This document shows, one piece after another, positions 58,420-64,000 of a stretch of 64,000 nucleotides of DNA. The first letter of the stretch is position 1, and each line of letters begins with the position of its first letter. The position numbers were made by a program, and so were the translations under genes. Source of the DNA: Pelagibacteraceae bacterium (lineage in GTDB: Bacteria > Pseudomonadota > Alphaproteobacteria > Pelagibacterales > Pelagibacteraceae); NCBI GenBank assembly GCA_038142265.1, contig JAYQJR010000007.1:96061-160060 (forward strand), written 5' to 3'. The notes beneath the pieces were generated by a model that saw only the letters and a list, made by a program, of their open reading frames with translations, was not told the origin of the DNA and ran no database searches.

Positions 58420-59886
58420 TTATTTTAATTTATTTTTTAAAATATCATTAATCATTTGAGGGTTACCTTTGCCCTTCATTTCTTTCATTACTTGTCCTAC
58501 AAAAAAACCAAAAAGTTTATCTTTTCCAGATTTATACTGCTCAACCTTATCCTGATTAGCTGATAATATTCCATCAATAATATTTTCAATTTCTTTAGGG
58601 TCTGAAGTTTGTTTTAAACCTTTTTCTTCAACAATTTTAGAAGGGTCATTATTTGACTTAACCATTTCTTCAAAAACAGTTTTTGCGATTTTTCCAGAAA
58701 TAGTTCCGTCTTTAATCAAATTAATCATTTTTGCTAAGTTTGATGAGCTTACTGGACTTTCTGAAATTTCTTTTCCTTCTTTATTTAAAATAGCAAATAA
58801 CTCTCCCATAATCCAAGTTGCTGCTAATTTATAATCAGAGTTTTTTGCTACTTCTTCATAATAAGATGAAACTGCTTGATCAGAAATGATTACACTTGCT
58901 TCATAGTTGGATAATTTAAATTCTGAAATCAATCTTTGTTTTTTTTGATCAGGAAGCTCTGGTAAGCTTTTTTTAATAGTTTCAATATAATTTTGTTCTA
59001 ATTCCAATGGTAATAGGTCAGGATCTGGAAAATATCTGTAATCATGGGCATCTTCTTTGCTCCTCATAGATCGAGTTTCTTGTTTCTTAGTATCAAACAA
59101 TCTTGTTTCTTGATCGATTGATTTTCCTTCTTCAATTAAATCAATTTGTCTTCTAGCTTCATATTCAATTGCTTGCTGCATAAATTTAATTGAATTGACA
59201 TTTTTAATTTCACACCTAGTACCAAACTCTGAAGATCCCTTTGGTCTTACTGAAACGTTAACATCAGCTCTAAGCGATCCTTGCTCCATATTACCATCAC
59301 AAGTATTTAAGTACCTCATAATTGATCTTAATTTTTTTATATATTCGCCAACTTCCCCTGGAGATCTTAAATCTGGTTTGCTTACAATTTCCATTAAAGC
59401 AATACCTGATCTATTTAGATCAACAAATGAATTTTTTGGATCTTGATCATGAATACTTTTTCCAGCATCTTGCTCTAAATGAAGTCTTTCAATACCCACT
59501 TCTTTTGTTCCATAAGGCATATCTAAAATTACTTTTCCCTCTCCTACAATTGGATGTTTGAATTGAGATATTTGGTATCCTTGCGGAAGGTCAGCATAAA
59601 AATAATTTTTTCTATCAAATATTGAATACGTATTTATTTTAGCATTTAAGCCCAAACCTGTTTTAACAGCTTGTTCCACACAAAATTTATTAATCACTGG
59701 TAACATTCCAGGCATAGCTGCATCAACTAAGCTTACTTGTGTATTAGGTTTAGAACCAAATTTGGTAGCTGACGAAGAAAAAAGCTTAGCCTCAGACAAA
59801 ACTTGTGCATGTACCTCAAGTCCAATAATGACTTCATATTCACCTTTCTCTCCTTTTAAATAATAATCAAATTCTTTATCTGACAT
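58420..59886 (-). CDS. gatB: Asp/Glu-tRNA amidotransferase subunit B
   Basis: [33 protein letters not shown]; ATG overlaps the gatA stop. Confidence 0.97.
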   Translation of the reverse strand: MSDKEFDYYLKGEKGEYEVIIGLEVHAQVLSEAKLFSSSATKFGSKPNTQVSLVDAAMPGMLPVINKFCVEQAVKTGLGLNAKINTYSIFDRKNYFYADLPQGYQISQFKHPIVGEGKVILDMPYGTKEVGIERLHLEQDAGKSIHDQDPKNSFVDLNRSGIALMEIVSKPDLRSPGEVGEYIKKLRSIMRYLNTCDGNMEQGSLRADVNVSVRPKGSSEFGTRCEIKNVNSIKFMQQAIEYEARRQIDLIEEGKSIDQETRLFDTKKQETRSMRSKEDAHDYRYFPDPDLLPLELEQNYIETIKKSLPELPDQKKQRLISEFKLSNYEASVIISDQAVSSYYEEVAKNSDYKLAATWIMGELFAILNKEGKEISESPVSSSNLAKMINLIKDGTISGKIAKTVFEEMVKSNNDPSKIVEEKGLKQTSDPKEIENIIDGILSANQDKVEQYKSGKDKLFGFFVGQVMKEMKGKGNPQMINDILKNKLK

Positions 59887-61346
59887 CAAATCCACCAATC
59901 TTTATAATTTGGTTTAAAATTAATATTTTTTTCAATTGCATATGCATTGTTTAAAATAGTTTGTTCATCAAAAGATCTTCCAATTAGTTGTAGACCTAAA
60001 GGCAAATTATTTTGATCATACCCTGCAGGTATCGATATACCAGGTAAACCGGCTAGATTAGTTGGAACAGTAAATACATCGTTTAAATACATAGAGATTG
60101 GATCATCAATATTTTTTCCTATCTCAAAGGCTGATGATGGGGTTGTGGGTGTTAAAATAGTGTCTACTTTTTTAAATGCTTCATCAAAATCATTTTTAAT
60201 TAATCTTCTAACTTTCTGAGCCTTTAAATAATAAGCATCATAATAACCTGATGACAAAACATAGGTACCTATTAAAATTCTTCTTTTAACCTCATCTCCA
60301 AAACCTTCTGCTCTTGTATTTTCATACATTTCAATAAGATCTTTGCCCCCAGCTCTAAAACCATAACGAACACCATCATATCTTGCTAAATTTGATGAAG
60401 CTTCAGCTGGAGCAATAATATAATAAGTTGGCAATGCATATTTTGTATGCGGAAGAGATATCTCTTTAACTTCGCAGCCAAGTGATTTTACAATTTCAAC
60501 TCCCTTGTTCCATAGATTAATAATTTCCTTAGGCATACCATCAACTTTATACTCCTTGGGAATGCCAACTTTTAAACCCTTAATATTTTGATTTAAATTT
60601 TTACTGAACGGCTCAACTTCTTTTTGAGCAGAAGTAGAATCTTTTTGATCATGACCTGATATCACTTCTAATAATAAAGCGGCATCAGCAACATCTTTTG
60701 TCATTGGACCAGCCTGATCCAATGAGGATGCAAAAGCAACAATTCCCCATCTAGAACAACGTCCGTAGGTAGGTTTTAAACCAACTGTTCCAGTAAAAGA
60801 TGCAGGTTGTCTTATTGAACCGCCCGTATCTGTTCCAACAGTAGCGGAAGTTAAATTTGCTGCAACAGCAGAAGAAGATCCTCCTGATGAACCCCCAGGA
60901 ACTAAATCTTTATCATTTCTGTAAGGGTTAATAACATTTCCAAAGTGGCTAGTTTCGTTTGATGAACCCATGGCATATTCATCACAATTCAATTTACCTA
61001 ATAAGATAGCACCTTGGTTCCATAATTTTGATGTAACAGTAGATTCATATTGAGGCTTAAAGCCTTTTAACATTTTGCTAGAAGCTGTGGTTTGAATCCC
61101 TTTAGTGCAGAATAAATCTTTAACCGCCATTGGTGCTCCAAAAAGTTTATGATCAGGATTATGTTTTTTATCTAATTCTTTAGCTTTATTTAAAGCCTCA
61201 TCAAATGTTTCGCTAATATAACAATTTAATTTTTTTGATTTAGAAGCTCGATCAACATAGGACTTTGTAGCTTCTTCACAAGATAGTTCTTTTGATTTTA
61301 TTTTTTTAACTAACTCTGTAAGACTTAATTGATAGATCTCGCTCAT
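59886..61346 (-). CDS. gatA: Asp/Glu-tRNA amidotransferase subunit A
   Basis: [29 protein letters not shown]. Confidence 0.98.
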   Translation of the reverse strand: MSEIYQLSLTELVKKIKSKELSCEEATKSYVDRASKSKKLNCYISETFDEALNKAKELDKKHNPDHKLFGAPMAVKDLFCTKGIQTTASSKMLKGFKPQYESTVTSKLWNQGAILLGKLNCDEYAMGSSNETSHFGNVINPYRNDKDLVPGGSSGGSSSAVAANLTSATVGTDTGGSIRQPASFTGTVGLKPTYGRCSRWGIVAFASSLDQAGPMTKDVADAALLLEVISGHDQKDSTSAQKEVEPFSKNLNQNIKGLKVGIPKEYKVDGMPKEIINLWNKGVEIVKSLGCEVKEISLPHTKYALPTYYIIAPAEASSNLARYDGVRYGFRAGGKDLIEMYENTRAEGFGDEVKRRILIGTYVLSSGYYDAYYLKAQKVRRLIKNDFDEAFKKVDTILTPTTPSSAFEIGKNIDDPISMYLNDVFTVPTNLAGLPGISIPAGYDQNNLPLGLQLIGRSFDEQTILNNAYAIEKNINFKPNYKDWWI

Positions 61347-61633
61347 TACTCAATAACTTTCGGAACAACGTAAAAATCTTCATTATCCGCTGGTGAATTT
61401 GCAAGAATATCTTTCTTTTCATTCATTAACTTAACAATGTCGTCTCTTTTAATAAGTTCTTGTTCAACCGTTGAAGCTAAAGGTTCAACTTTTTCAATTT
61501 TAATTTCATTCAATTGTTCAACAAATTTTAAAATAGAATTTAAATCTTTAATCATATGCTCCTCGAATTTTTCATTGGAAGCAATTCTTGCTAACTTAGA
61601 AATTTTTTTGACTGTATCTTTAGTAATTGACAT
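61346..61633 (-). CDS. gatC: Asp/Glu-tRNA amidotransferase subunit C
   Basis: Start [17 protein letters not shown]; C-terminal YVVPKVIE. Confidence 0.95.
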   Translation of the reverse strand: MSITKDTVKKISKLARIASNEKFEEHMIKDLNSILKFVEQLNEIKIEKVEPLASTVEQELIKRDDIVKLMNEKKDILANSPADNEDFYVVPKVIE

Positions 61634-61670
61634 TAGACTTTGATAAAAATTGCGGTAAAATAACACTTTA

Positions 61671-62141
61671 ATGGAAACTATCAACCTTTGCGAAAATCAA
61701 GACTTCTCTTCTAAAGTTGGAAAAAATTCTAGAATATTAGGGATTGATCCTGGAAAAAAAAACATTGGTATATCAGTCAGTGACCCTAATCAAAAAGTTG
61801 CAACACCTTTAAAAACTATTGTGGTAAAAAAGTTTAAAAAATTTATTGAAGAATTAAATAAAGTTATTTTAGACTATGGTATAAAAGGGATTGTAATTGG
61901 CCATCCTATTAATATGGATGGATCAGAAGGTCCTAGATCTCAATCGGCTAAAGACTTTGCACAAAATATTTCAAAAATTACAAAAATTCCTATTACTCTT
62001 TGGGATGAAAGGCTATCTAGTGAAGGTGCATTTAATAGTATGCAAGATCTTGAAATAAATACTTCAAAAAAAGTAAAAAAGTTAGATGAACATGCCGCCG
62101 CTTTCATCCTTCAAGGCTATTTAGATTATCTTAACAAATAG
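61671..62141 (+). CDS. ruvX: YqgF/RuvX pre-16S rRNA nuclease
   Basis: LGIDPG.K.IGIS.SD, WDERLSS, D..AA.FILQGYLD. Confidence 0.94.
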   Translation: METINLCENQDFSSKVGKNSRILGIDPGKKNIGISVSDPNQKVATPLKTIVVKKFKKFIEELNKVILDYGIKGIVIGHPINMDGSEGPRSQSAKDFAQNISKITKIPITLWDERLSSEGAFNSMQDLEINTSKKVKKLDEHAAAFILQGYLDYLNK

Positions 62142-62142
62142 C

Positions 62143-62171
62143 TTGCTATATTTTTGAAATAAGCCTATAGA
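62143..62171 (+). promoter_or_regulatory. Putative sigma70 promoter of pyrB
   Basis: (C)TTGCTA-17 nt-TATAGA, 10 nt before the ATG. Confidence 0.45.
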
Positions 62172-62181
62172 TCTGGTTTTA

Positions 62182-63135
62182 ATGGCTTTATTCAAAACTA
62201 AACAAGCTGTTAAATATAAAAAGAAGCACCTTCTAGGTATTCAAGATTTATCTATTCCAGAAATTGTCGACATTCTAAATGAAAGCCAAGCTTTTGTTGA
62301 ACTAAATAGAAAACAAGAAAAAAAATTAGATCTTCTAAAAGGAAAAACTCAAATCAATTTATTTTTTGAAAGTTCGACTAGAACATTAAGTTCTTTTGAG
62401 TTGGCAGGAAAAAGACTCGGGGCAGACGTTATGAATATGAATGTTTCAAATTCAGCAATAAAAAAAGGTGAAACATTAATAGATACTGCAATGACATTGA
62501 ACGCAATGCATCCAGATATTCTAGTCATCAGACATCAAGACTCTGGTGCAGCAAATCTTTTGTCTCAAAAAGTAAATTGTTCAGTCATAAATGCAGGTGA
62601 TGGATGGAGAGAGCACCCTACTCAAGCATTATTAGATGCAATGACAATTAAAATGAAAAAAGGAAAAATTGAAGGCTTGGTAATAGCAATATGCGGTGAC
62701 ATTATGCATTCAAGGGTGGCAAGATCTAATATTTATCTTCTTACAATGATGGGTGCTGAGGTTAGAGTAATAGCTCCATCTACTTTAATGCCAAAAAACA
62801 TTGAACAGTTTGGAGTTAAAGCATTCACTAATATGGAGCAAGGTTTAAAGGGTGCAGACATTATTATGATGCTAAGAATGCAGCTCGAGAGAATGGATGG
62901 CTCTTATATTCCGTCTACTAGAGAATATTACGAATTTTTTGCACTAGATTATAAAAAAATAAAATATGCAAAAGATGATGCTGTGATTATGCATCCTGGT
63001 CCAATGAATAGAGGAATAGAAATTGATGCAAGTTTAGCTGATGACATTAACAGAAGTATTATAGTTCAACAGGTAGAAATGGGTGTTGCTGTAAGAATGG
63101 CATGCTTGAAAATTTTAATGGAAAACGCTTCATGA
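62182..63135 (+). CDS. pyrB: Aspartate carbamoyltransferase catalytic subunit
   Basis: [32 protein letters not shown]. Confidence 0.97.
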   Translation: MALFKTKQAVKYKKKHLLGIQDLSIPEIVDILNESQAFVELNRKQEKKLDLLKGKTQINLFFESSTRTLSSFELAGKRLGADVMNMNVSNSAIKKGETLIDTAMTLNAMHPDILVIRHQDSGAANLLSQKVNCSVINAGDGWREHPTQALLDAMTIKMKKGKIEGLVIAICGDIMHSRVARSNIYLLTMMGAEVRVIAPSTLMPKNIEQFGVKAFTNMEQGLKGADIIMMLRMQLERMDGSYIPSTREYYEFFALDYKKIKYAKDDAVIMHPGPMNRGIEIDASLADDINRSIIVQQVEMGVAVRMACLKILMENAS

Positions 63136-64000
63136 AAACAGCTATTTTAAATTGTAGAATAATTGACACCAAAAATGATATTGATGAAGTTGGTGGAATA
63201 TTAATTAATGAAAAAGGATTAATAGAAGCTATTGGAAAGTCAGTTTCTAAAGACAATATTGGCGAAGCAAAAATTTATGACTGTAAAAATAAAATAGCTA
63301 TTCCTGGAATTATTGATGGCAGAGTTTTTGGAGGGGAACCAGGATACGAATATAAAGAAAACTATAGAACACTTAGTCAGGCAGCTTTATCAGGCGGTGT
63401 TACGTCTGTTGTTACAGTTCCGAATACCAACCCAATAATTGATAACGTTTCAACATTTGATTTTTTAAAAAGGAGAGCAAGAGATAAGTCTATTATTAAA
63501 ATTTACCCACTAGCTAGTCTTACTAAAAATATTGAAGGCAAAGATATTACTGAGTTTGGTTTGTTAAAACTAAATGACGCTTATGGTTTTACTGATGGCT
63601 TAAGATCTGTTGAAAACAATAACGTAATGGACAAAATATTTAATTACGCTGAAAACCAAGATGTCTTAATTGTTCAATTTCCATTAGATAATAATCTATC
63701 TAACAATGGCGTTATTAATGATGGCTTGGTAGCAACAAAACTGGGATTAAAAGGCATACCAGACTACGCAGAACACCTGATAATAGATAGAGATTTGAGG
63801 CTTCTGCAAAGATATAAATGCAAGTATCATATCTCTCCCATTTCTTCTAAAGGGTCATTAAAAATCATTGAAGAATGGAAAAATAAAGGTTCAAAATTTA
63901 CCACGGCTGTTTCTATCAATCATTTATCACTGAATGAAAATGACATTGGTGACTTTAGAACATTCTTAAAACTTTCTCCCCCTTTGAGATCAGAAGATGA
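63132..64000 (+). CDS. pyrC: Dihydroorotase-like protein (PyrC'-type), truncated by the window end; not in ORF track
   Basis: Manual translation [33 protein letters not shown]; ATGA overlap with pyrB. Confidence 0.88.
   Translation, partial: MKTAILNCRIIDTKNDIDEVGGILINEKGLIEAIGKSVSKDNIGEAKIYDCKNKIAIPGIIDGRVFGGEPGYEYKENYRTLSQAALSGGVTSVVTVPNTNPIIDNVSTFDFLKRRARDKSIIKIYPLASLTKNIEGKDITEFGLLKLNDAYGFTDGLRSVENNNVMDKIFNYAENQDVLIVQFPLDNNLSNNGVINDGLVATKLGLKGIPDYAEHLIIDRDLRLLQRYKCKYHISPISSKGSLKIIEEWKNKGSKFTTAVSINHLSLNENDIGDFRTFLKLSPPLRSED

Overview
Very AT-rich, almost gapless core-genome segment of a streamlined alphaproteobacterium. Gene content and order point to Pelagibacterales (SAR11); this is an inference. 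It holds about 70 protein genes (gyrA, uvrA, secDF-yajC, recG, recJ, rib cluster, glyA, parC, the recO-era-rnc-lepB-acpS-pdxJ-pyrE-spoT run, katG, gatCAB, pyrB-pyrC') and 4 tRNAs (Lys-UUU, Pro-UGG, Glu-UUC, Ser-GCU). I found no mobile elements, CRISPR arrays or rRNA. At least 17 genes, several normally essential, are broken by small indels (mostly in A/T runs) or single in-frame stops, which is best read as uncorrected sequencing error. Best leads: (1) a TrmR-family O-methyltransferase overlapping trhO behind gatCAB, a candidate two-gene tRNA mo5U34 pathway; (2) a partnerless FTR1 iron permease in an apparent operon with katG, with tandem Fur/Irr-type boxes, one filling the promoter spacer exactly; (3) an unannotated 43-aa CxxC-x18-CxxC microprotein 8 nt behind tRNA-Lys; (4) a two-state RNA structure over a strong SD and a 31-codon ORF in the only wide convergent gap.
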